Positions 1 to 7,621 of a stretch of DNA of 64,000 nucleotides are shown here, piece by piece. Position numbers and translations under genes: made by a program. Position 1 is the stretch's first letter, and every line of letters begins with the position of its first letter. The stretch covers positions 887,659 to 951,658 of the forward strand of contig JBFWNU010000002.1 in the NCBI GenBank assembly GCA_050250895.1, read 5' to 3'. Source of the DNA: Vulcanimicrobiota bacterium. GTDB lineage: Bacteria; Vulcanimicrobiota; Xenobia; Xenobiales; JADMJV01. The notes below the pieces were generated by a model, which did no database searches, was not told the DNA's origin, and worked only from the letters and a program-made list of their open reading frames with translations.

Positions 1-76
1 CGGAGCTACCCATCAATGCTACCAAGCCAACGATTGCGACGATCACGAGCAGTCCAATGTTTCCTTTATGTCTCAT
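1..76 (-). CDS. Putative immunity protein for the RHS toxin (5' part only; runs off the window)
   Basis: ATG at 76, 4 nt after the RHS stop. Translates MRHKGNIGLLVIVAIVGLVALMGSS, a signal-peptide/TM-like N-terminus. Same lower-GC segment as the toxin tip. Confidence 0.55.
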   Translation of the reverse strand, partial: MRHKGNIGLLVIVAIVGLVALMGSS

Positions 77-80
77 TGCC

Positions 81-2003
81 TTACCCCAATAGCGATTTTA
101 TGCACTGATTGAAGTGCTGGTTTTCTCCATTGCAGGAATGGTATGCCTTGGTGAGAGTATAGTAGGTGGACGGATCATCCGGTTCAACCCGTTTATTGTC
201 ATAGTTTCTCACCCACCCAACTTCTTGGGCGAGAACTCTAACACCGATATCTATCTGGACGTCTGGATAAATGACGGAACCTACGTTCTCAGGCTTCTCG
301 AGCTTCTTGCTCGCTTCTATAATCCAGCCGCGGTGCGCGACAATATCAATTTGAAAGAGCCCGACCATGGCTCTTCCCATTTTGAGGTCTTGGTTGTTGA
401 CAATATCCGTGTACCAGAACTTGAGTAGCGACTCGGGCCCCCAGGGCACCAATCGCCCGACGCGGTCGTAGTTTACCTCGGGCGTCGTGCGTGGATCGTT
501 GTAGCGGAAAGAAAAGTTGTCATCCCCTCCTTCAGCATAAATGAGACACCGAATGAACTTTGCCCAGGATTCTTCCTTGCCTTTGAAGACATCGTACTTG
601 CCGATCTCATCTCGGATCATTTTTGCCCAAGCATCGGGCAATGCTGGGACCGCTGAGAGACCAATGGGATCAAATAGACTTACCGGGTCGTTCGATGCGT
701 ATGCGAAGAAATTCGTTCCACCACGAAAACCGGCCGGGTCGCTAGAAATGTACCGTCCCAATGAGGTATCGTAATGACGCCTACGCATATAGAGCAGGTT
801 GGTGAGTGCCGAATCATCGTGAACGCCCAGTCCACCAACGAAGGTCTTCGGACTAGAGCCCGAACCAGTCTTGGTCTGCTCACCGAACTCGAGATATTCG
901 TATGCCGCCACTTCGTCGCCGCTGGCGTCCACCACCACCCGAACCGAAGACAAGCCGTCGGTCAGCAGGTAGAAGAAGTCGCCACCGCTCTCGAAGCCCA
1001 TCAACTGGTGGCCCATCAGGTAGTTGAACTCCACGGGTGAGCCAACCGTAGGCGTCTCCACCTCGTTCAATGTCGGCAAGCCCGAGTAGAAGCTCTCGGC
1101 CACCGTCTCGTCGTCGAGGATCTTGGCCTTGCGGATACCGCCGGCATCGTAGGTGTGCAGCACCTTGGTGTCGGCAGGAGAAAACGCCACCCGAATCAGG
1201 TTGTCCTGGTCGTCCCAACGATAGGCGATGGTGTCGCTGGTGGCCGCGTCGGTCCGCAGCGTCATGTTGCCATCTAGGTCATGGTCGAACGTCTCCTGGT
1301 CGGAGAAGTCGCCCGGGGTGCGCGATTGGAAGGTCGAGGTCACCTGGACCTTGGTGATCTGGTCGGCCGCATCGTAGAGATAACGGTAGGTCTTGGAGTT
1401 GACGTGGTCGTCCATGAACGTGCGGTTGTCGGACTCGTCATACTCGTAGACGCGCTGGGTCAAGAGACTGCCGGCGCCGATCTTCTTCTTGACCGTGGTC
1501 AGCCGGTTGAGCCAGTCATAGTCGTATTCCCAGCGCACCGGGTCAGCCGTGCCGGAGGTCGAAATCATGGCGGTGCGGTTGCCCGCATCGTCATACTCGT
1601 ATTCCAGCTCGAGCACGTTGTCGAAGCCGCTCATGCCGTCGTCTTTGAGATAGCGCAGGTTGGTCAGCTGGCCGTTGGCGTTCCAGCCGGCCCCCGTCGG
1701 CCCAGCGGCGCCGACGCGCAGCGTCGGAAGGGATGATGGGAACGACGCCTTCCGTCCAGTTTCGCGTCGTGGCCATGCGTTCTCATCATTCCGTAGAGCC
1801 GCGACCGGGTCGACGGTCATCAGGTTGGGAGTCATGGCACCGTCGTCGAACCTGGCCTCGATACCCGTCGAACTGGGATAGACGATCTTCTCGAGGCGGC
1901 CGCCGGCATCGTAAGTATAAGTGAACACCCGGTCGGCCTGGCTGGGCCGCTTGACGGTCACTTCGTAGAGCCGATTGTCGTTGTAGTAGCTATACTCCGT
2001 CAC
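81..2003 (-). CDS. RHS/YD-repeat protein (5'-truncated orphan module) with C-terminal lysozyme/lytic-transglycosylase-like toxin domain
   Basis: YD repeats (YDAGGRL, YEYDDAGNR, YDWLNRL). RHS core YMRRRHYDTSLGRYISSDP...YASNDPVSLFDPIGL. C-terminus has LIYAEGG / GLFQI / AYH motifs. Confidence 0.85.
   Translation of the reverse strand: MTEYSYYNDNRLYEVTVKRPSQADRVFTYTYDAGGRLEKIVYPSSTGIEARFDDGAMTPNLMTVDPVAALRNDENAWPRRETGRKASFPSSLPTLRVGAAGPTGAGWNANGQLTNLRYLKDDGMSGFDNVLELEYEYDDAGNRTAMISTSGTADPVRWEYDYDWLNRLTTVKKKIGAGSLLTQRVYEYDESDNRTFMDDHVNSKTYRYLYDAADQITKVQVTSTFQSRTPGDFSDQETFDHDLDGNMTLRTDAATSDTIAYRWDDQDNLIRVAFSPADTKVLHTYDAGGIRKAKILDDETVAESFYSGLPTLNEVETPTVGSPVEFNYLMGHQLMGFESGGDFFYLLTDGLSSVRVVVDASGDEVAAYEYLEFGEQTKTGSGSSPKTFVGGLGVHDDSALTNLLYMRRRHYDTSLGRYISSDPAGFRGGTNFFAYASNDPVSLFDPIGLSAVPALPDAWAKMIRDEIGKYDVFKGKEESWAKFIRCLIYAEGGDDNFSFRYNDPRTTPEVNYDRVGRLVPWGPESLLKFWYTDIVNNQDLKMGRAMVGLFQIDIVAHRGWIIEASKKLEKPENVGSVIYPDVQIDIGVRVLAQEVGWVRNYDNKRVEPDDPSTYYTLTKAYHSCNGENQHFNQCIKSLLG
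1694..1816. repeat. 123-bp nested palindromic element inserted in frame in the RHS gene
   Basis: Terminal arms ccgtcggccc (1694-1703) and gggtcgacgg (1807-1816); inner arms atgatgggaacg / cgttctcatcat; hairpin ccgacgc-gca-gcgtcgg. Encodes a non-RHS-like peptide. Confidence 0.55.
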
Positions 2004-2095
2004 GTTACCCTGAATCGGTCACACACGTGAGGTTGCCCTCGTCATCGTAGTCGTAAGAGATATTCTCCCCGTTGGGGAAGATAACCTGGGTCGAG
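2004..2095 (-). pseudogene. Out-of-frame upstream RHS remnant
   Basis: Minus strand reads TQVIFPNGENISYDYDDEGNLTCVTD, then a frameshift before QGNVTEYSY of the main RHS frame. Confidence 0.7.
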
Positions 2096-2129
2096 CGCGG
2101 CTCGGCAGAACCTCATCGCATTTTGGCCG

Positions 2130-2532
2130 TCAATCCTCGAACTGGCGACCCTCGCGGTCCCGGAAAGTCAGGTCATGGGGAGCCGTTCCTTCGATGAAGA
2201 GAAAGCCGTCGTGGACGTTGCGGTGGCAGCCCGTGCAGAGGAAGATCAGGTTGGCCGGCACCGTCAGGCCGCCCAGGGCGAAGAATCGGATATGGTGGGA
2301 TTGTAGCCAGATATGGTTGGGGCAGGCCTTCGAGTTGGCGGGCCACGCGGCAACAGGCATTGGCCTCTTTCTTGGTCACTCCCAGCAGGCGGATAGCATA
2401 GTGGATGGGGCCACTGCAGCCAAAGTCTTGAAACGAACGCCAGATTTTTTGAGAAAGGCCGCCTCCGGGGCTCTGAGCGGCCTTTTTGGCGATGTTTCGG
2501 AGCGATGTCGTGGGTTCGGGTTCTGGACGCAC
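2130..2532 (-). pseudogene. Internally deleted, frameshifted DUF222-like/HNH endonuclease remnant
   Basis: C-terminal HNH (QSHHIRFFALGGLTVPANLIFLCTGCHRNVH) in one frame. N-terminal WRSFQDFGCSGPIHYAIRLLG...ARQLEGLP in another frame, resembling the N-terminus of 48290-49531. Confidence 0.65.
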
Positions 2533-2702
2533 AAGCGGAAATTCTTTGAGAAAGTCCCTTGGGGACGAATCGAGCCTGTCACGCCCGACTTCTTTCGCGC
2601 TCTTGGGTTCGACGTGGTCTGGGGGCGTGGCCGAGCGGTCGCTCCCGAGTGCGTTTGAGTCACGCCCACCCCTTCGCGTTACAGTCCTTGCTCACGTCCC
2701 AC

Positions 2703-2911
2703 GCCGCGCGAAGCGCGGTCGTCGCAAGCCACCAGATCACCAGCCTGGCCACTCTCTGGCCACCGGTCTGGGGAGCGTATACGTTGAAGCCCAAGTCTCG
2801 GCCTCCGGCTGAGACTTGGACCCCGGGATGGGGCCGGCGCTAGCCACGCTCGTGGGGCCCCCTGCGCTGGCGAGCGCGCTTCGCTGGGCAAAGAACTGCT
2901 CTCGGTAGTTC
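2703..2911 (+). ncRNA. Candidate structured RNA or ssDNA multibranch element, unassigned
   Basis: Outer stem 2708-2717/2875-2884 encloses several hairpins, including the 13-bp stem at 2791-2819. G-T wobbles fall on the + strand. Confidence 0.3.
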
Positions 2912-3011
2912 AGCTACCCCTTCTTCTAGGACTGTGCGCTCCAATCGTTGTCTTCTTCACTGGTTGCTGAAGCACGAGCGAGTCTTCGTCCACCGAAACC
3001 TGGGACCCTGG

Positions 3012-4403
3012 TCAGGCACGCACTAGCAAGAAGCGCTCGAGTTCGTCCAGCGAGGTCTCGCCCTGAGCGGCTAGCGCGAGGGTCTGGGTCTCGAGGTCAG
3101 AGGGCTCGAATTCGCCCTCGAAGACCCGAGCAGTGAAAGGCAGCGACTCGGCCAGCAACACGCGGCCGCGATAGCCGCTCTGCTGGCAACGGTCGCAGCC
3201 CACGGCCCGGCGAAATTCGCGAGGCAGGGAGAAGTCTACCCGTGCCTGCAAGCTCTCGAACTCGGCCTCGGACAAAGGCTGGGGCTGGCTACAATGGGGA
3301 CACAGCTTGCGCACGAGTCGCTGCACCAGGATGAGTTCCACGGTCTGGGCCAGGGCGCGCGCCGAGCCAGCCAGCACCGACAGGCGAGAGAAGACGTCGC
3401 GGCAGTCGCGGCCGGCCATGCCGGCCACCACCAGGGCGCCGCGCAGCGCGGCCGTTTGAGCGGCCTCGAAGGCCTCGGGGTCGGGCAAGGCGGCTAGACC
3501 GATCACGTCGGGGTCGCTGCGCATCAGGGCTCGAAGGGCCGAGGCTTGGCTGCGGTTGGCTCCGGTCACGCTGGCCAGACTCACCTGGGTGGCCCAGGGT
3601 AGGGTCAACCAGGCCGGGTTCTCGATGGTCATCAGCTTAAGGTTGGGGCCGGCCACTTCGCCCAGGCAGGCGGCCAGCAACGAGTCGCGGCTCTCGTCGC
3701 CGGCGATGATGACCAGGCGGGCTCGCTTGCGCAGAGCCTGGCGCAAGCGAGCCAGGTCGACCTGGCGCAGGCCGAAGGTGGAAAGATCGGGCTGGCTCTG
3801 GTCGCGGTTCTGGAGCTTGACCGTCAGCGTTTCGCCCTGGGCGGACGGCAAGAACGACACGCGCAGGTCGAGTAGACCGCGGTCGGTCTCGACCAGGATG
3901 CGTCCGTCCTGGGGCAGGCTGGTTTCACGCACATCGCAGGCGGCGGCCCGCTTCCACTGTTCAACTAAGGGTGCCAGCAAGCGGTTGTCGAGGCGCGCTA
4001 GCAACTGCAGTTCGCCATCGACGCGGCCGCGTAGCCAGCACTGGCGCTCGGGACCCTGGCCGGTGTAGCAGCGGCCAAGATGAAGACTGTCGGCCTGGCG
4101 CTCGAGGGCCACTTTGAGCATGCGGTTGAAGGCGTCGAGCAGGGGGTCGGCCGTCCGTGGGGGCGGCCCGGCCAGGAGCGACTCGAGCTGGTCGAGGAAG
4201 GGACCAGGGTCGGCCAGCAGGTCGATGTGGGGCGCTTGGCCGCGCAGGAAGCGGTCGAGTTCTGCTCGCTCGAAACGCCACTGGCGCCCGATCTTGCGAG
4301 CCGACAGCCGGCCTTCTCGCAGCCAGCGATAGAGGGTGTTACGGGTAGTGTTGAGGGCCTCGGCGGCCTCGGCCATGGTGAGCAGATCCTCTTTCATGTG
4401 CAT
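3012..4403 (-). CDS. Excisionase-type HTH fused to a GspE/PilB-like ATPase domain with degenerate Walker motifs
   Basis: N-terminal LLTMAEAAEALNTTRNTLYRWLREGRLSARKIGRQWRF. PilB motifs LPQDGRI, DLRVSFLP, RSDPDVI, QRLVRKLCPHC, GCDRCQQSGYRGR. Confidence 0.8.
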   Translation of the reverse strand: MHMKEDLLTMAEAAEALNTTRNTLYRWLREGRLSARKIGRQWRFERAELDRFLRGQAPHIDLLADPGPFLDQLESLLAGPPPRTADPLLDAFNRMLKVALERQADSLHLGRCYTGQGPERQCWLRGRVDGELQLLARLDNRLLAPLVEQWKRAAACDVRETSLPQDGRILVETDRGLLDLRVSFLPSAQGETLTVKLQNRDQSQPDLSTFGLRQVDLARLRQALRKRARLVIIAGDESRDSLLAACLGEVAGPNLKLMTIENPAWLTLPWATQVSLASVTGANRSQASALRALMRSDPDVIGLAALPDPEAFEAAQTAALRGALVVAGMAGRDCRDVFSRLSVLAGSARALAQTVELILVQRLVRKLCPHCSQPQPLSEAEFESLQARVDFSLPREFRRAVGCDRCQQSGYRGRVLLAESLPFTARVFEGEFEPSDLETQTLALAAQGETSLDELERFLLVRA

Positions 4404-4668
4404 AGTGTATCATAGTTATATTGATGCGCTAAGTGATATTTGGACTAGGGCCAGTCCCCCGGTCCGCTCGTCGACAAACCCGATTCCAGGCCGCCGCCAA
4501 AGACATTCCGGGCCAGCTTCAGCCTTTCAGAGTTTTTTCCGGGGGCGCGAATAGACTCTTCCACAGGTGAAAGAAGCGCGGGCCATGCGTTTTCAGGATC
4601 CTTTAATTCGATTCAGATAAATGTTTCAAACGAGAGTGCCACAACTCGTTAACTGTAGGAGGACTTGG

Positions 4669-7605
4669 ATGGATACCATCAACGCTCACGGCAACAACTG
4701 GAATATCAGAGGAACCTTCCCGAAAGCGGCGCCGGCGGCTTCTAAAGCCGTTTCCACGGTTCCGGGTGATCAGGTGTTCTTGAACTCGAACACCCACGCG
4801 GCCGCCTTGAGCATCCCCACCACCTTGCCCGTGACCAGCAAAGCTGCTGTAGTGGCGGCCCCGGTCGCACCCGCCGGTCCTCCGGTCAACACGGCTGCCC
4901 CCATCACGATGGTGGTAGAAGGCCCGACGGCGCCAACCAATAGCGCCGCCATGTCGGCCCCGGCCCCGGTGCTGCGCGCCGCGGCCACCCAGTTTGATGC
5001 CGTCGAGATCATCGATGCCGAGAGCGATGACGATTCGGTCTGGATTCCCTCCGCCTCCGCCACTCTGGTGAACACCGCCAACACCCTCGAGAATCTGAGC
5101 AAGCTGGCCGCCGCGGTCAACTCGAAAGAGTTCACCCTGCTCACCGGCGAAACCGGCGCCGGTAAGACCGCGCTGGTCAAATACCTGGCCCACATGACCC
5201 GCAACCGTCTGCGTCAGGTCAACATGCACGACCAGACCGACGAGGTCGAACTCTTCGGCGGTTATAAGCCGGCTCCCGATGGTGGCTTCGTGTGGCGCGA
5301 CGGCACCATTACCTCGGCCGTCCGCAACGGTCACTGGCTGCTGCTCGACGAGATCAACCTGGCCGACCAGGCGGTGCTCGAGCGCATGAACCCGCTGCTC
5401 GACGGTGAGGGCCACATCGTGCTCACCGAGAAAGAAGACAAAGAGCGGGTCAAAGTTCATGGTCGCACCCGCGTCTTCGCCACCGAGAACCCGGCCAGCT
5501 ACGCCGGCCGTAAAGAGCTGTCGGCGGCGATGTTCGACCGCTTCCAGCGCAAGATTTACATGCGGCGTCTGCCCGACACCGAACTCAACGAAGTGCTCAA
5601 GAAGGACTTCTCGGCCTCCCTGATCGTGGGCAAACTGGGCGAAAGCTTCCCTGACCTCGACAAAGAAACCAAGTCGGTTCTGCGCGGCAACGTGCTCAAC
5701 AGCCCCGAAGCCGTCACCCCCACCTCGGTGGTGGCCCTCGAAGCCGCTTTCGGTAACAGTGACAAGAACGCTCTCAAAGAGCTGCACCGCCAGTTCGCCG
5801 CCAATCCGAGCCTGGATGCGATGCCCATCGCTCCTAAAGCCAAACAGGTGCTGGAAGCCTTCCAGGGTATCCTGGCCAAGCCGCCGGCTCCCGTCATTAA
5901 CGACAAAGTCTTGTTGCAGATGTCGATTCTGCACAACGAGATGGTCAAAGCCTCCGAAGGCCGCGTAGTCGGTAAGAAGGGCGGTCCTTACCCATTCACC
6001 TTGCGCGACCTGCTCAAGCTGGCCAAGCGCATCAAACACTACAGCGAGGTGAGCCCCGAGCTCAACCAGTTCCAACTGGCCTGGCAGCAGGCCCGCGACA
6101 TCTATCGCGAGCGTTTCATGGAAGAGGCCGACCAGCAGACCGTCGAGCACTTCTTCCAGCTTTCGTTTGGTGACCCCAGGGTCAACCGTGACGGCGCTCC
6201 GCCCGAAACCAACGCCTCCATCACGATGGAGAGAATTGGCAACAAGATTCGTATCGGCGATACCAGCCTCGAGATCAATCCCCACGGCGGCGATTATGTC
6301 CCCGATGCCAGCGCCAAGCTGATTTCTACCCCCGGTACGGTCAAGAAGCTGACCCGTCTGGCCCGCGCTGCTGCCCTCGACGAGCCGGTGCTGCTGGTGG
6401 GACCGACGGCTGCTGGTAAGACCTCACTGGTTCGCTGGCTGGCCCACGAGACCAATAACGAGTTCCGCCGCGTCAACCTGAGTAACCACACCGATACCAG
6501 CGAGCTGATCGGCGGCTACTTCCCGGCTGTCGAAGTCGACTTCGACAAAGCCAACACGGCCATCAAAGCCATCGAAGGCAACGCCGATTTGAGCAAGCGC
6601 TTCCAGGCCACCCTGGACAAGATGGGCGACGAGGTCAAGAAAGGCGTCGAGATTCTCAAGAGCAATCCGAGCCTCGAGGGCGACGCTGCCAAAGAAGCTC
6701 AGAAGACGGTCCGCGACGCCCTCGGCCGTATCCTCGGCGACGACCAGTTGCGGGTAGCCTTCGAAGACCTCGAAGACACGGGCGCCGAGTTGCGCAACGG
6801 TCTGGAAGGTTCGTTCCGCACCGTGCCCGGTAAATTCGAGTGGCGCGACGGTATCATCATCGAAGCCATGAAGAAGGGTCAATGGATCGTCCTCGACGAG
6901 ATCAACCTGGCCGAGCCGGCTGTGCTCGAGCGCCTCAACTCGCTGCTCGACAGCGACCGCGCCGTGGTGCTCACCGAGCACCTGGGCGAGCGCATTAAAG
7001 CCGACTCGCGTTTCCGAGTCTTTGCCACCATGAACCCGGCTACCAACGACTACGGCGGACGTAAAGAACTCTCGCCGGCGATGCGCAACCGCTTTACCGA
7101 GCAGTGGTTCCCAGACATCAACGACCGCTCCGAGATTCTCCATATCGCCAATTCCTGGGTGGAAGACTTCAAGAGCGACGCTCAAGAGTATCTCAAAGGC
7201 TTCGATGCCAACACCGCCAGTCGGGAAGACAAGCTCAAAGCCCTGTCCGCTCAAGCCTTCTTGAAAGAAGACACCAGCCGGCTGGCCGAAGCCGTTACCG
7301 ACTTCCAGATCACCATCCGGGCCAAGGCCAAGCGGCAGAACGGGCAGACTCCCGAGTTGCCCACCGCCAAAAAGGACGGTTATCACTACACCTTGCGAGG
7401 AATGCGGGCCTGGCTGAAGTATATCAAGAATAACGTGGGACGCCCGATGCAGAACCCCGACGACCCGAAAGACCGTTCGCTGCGCAAAGACCTGAAAACG
7501 GTTTTCAACGAAGGCGTCGAAGGTTACTACGTGGACGGCCTATCGCGAGCTGAAGATCAGCAGACCGTGAAGTCCCTGGGCGAAAGCCTGGCCAACCGAC
7601 TGTAG
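4669..7605 (+). CDS. Tandem two-module AAA+ ATPase of the MoxR/dynein/midasin clade (midasin-like)
   Basis: RBS AGGAGG before ATG 4669. Two Walker A motifs (GETGAGKT, GPTAAGKT), two LDEINLA Walker B motifs, FATxNP sensor 1 and GRKELSxAMxxRF arginine fingers. Confidence 0.9.
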   Translation: MDTINAHGNNWNIRGTFPKAAPAASKAVSTVPGDQVFLNSNTHAAALSIPTTLPVTSKAAVVAAPVAPAGPPVNTAAPITMVVEGPTAPTNSAAMSAPAPVLRAAATQFDAVEIIDAESDDDSVWIPSASATLVNTANTLENLSKLAAAVNSKEFTLLTGETGAGKTALVKYLAHMTRNRLRQVNMHDQTDEVELFGGYKPAPDGGFVWRDGTITSAVRNGHWLLLDEINLADQAVLERMNPLLDGEGHIVLTEKEDKERVKVHGRTRVFATENPASYAGRKELSAAMFDRFQRKIYMRRLPDTELNEVLKKDFSASLIVGKLGESFPDLDKETKSVLRGNVLNSPEAVTPTSVVALEAAFGNSDKNALKELHRQFAANPSLDAMPIAPKAKQVLEAFQGILAKPPAPVINDKVLLQMSILHNEMVKASEGRVVGKKGGPYPFTLRDLLKLAKRIKHYSEVSPELNQFQLAWQQARDIYRERFMEEADQQTVEHFFQLSFGDPRVNRDGAPPETNASITMERIGNKIRIGDTSLEINPHGGDYVPDASAKLISTPGTVKKLTRLARAAALDEPVLLVGPTAAGKTSLVRWLAHETNNEFRRVNLSNHTDTSELIGGYFPAVEVDFDKANTAIKAIEGNADLSKRFQATLDKMGDEVKKGVEILKSNPSLEGDAAKEAQKTVRDALGRILGDDQLRVAFEDLEDTGAELRNGLEGSFRTVPGKFEWRDGIIIEAMKKGQWIVLDEINLAEPAVLERLNSLLDSDRAVVLTEHLGERIKADSRFRVFATMNPATNDYGGRKELSPAMRNRFTEQWFPDINDRSEILHIANSWVEDFKSDAQEYLKGFDANTASREDKLKALSAQAFLKEDTSRLAEAVTDFQITIRAKAKRQNGQTPELPTAKKDGYHYTLRGMRAWLKYIKNNVGRPMQNPDDPKDRSLRKDLKTVFNEGVEGYYVDGLSRAEDQQTVKSLGESLANRL

Positions 7606-7621
7606 GGCCTTGGAGGCATCG

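Noticed and set aside
2130-2911. IscB/HEARO (OMEGA) element
   Set aside because: The HNH remnant shows no RuvC or PLMP motifs, and the G-T wobble strand of the structure is opposite to the HNH gene.
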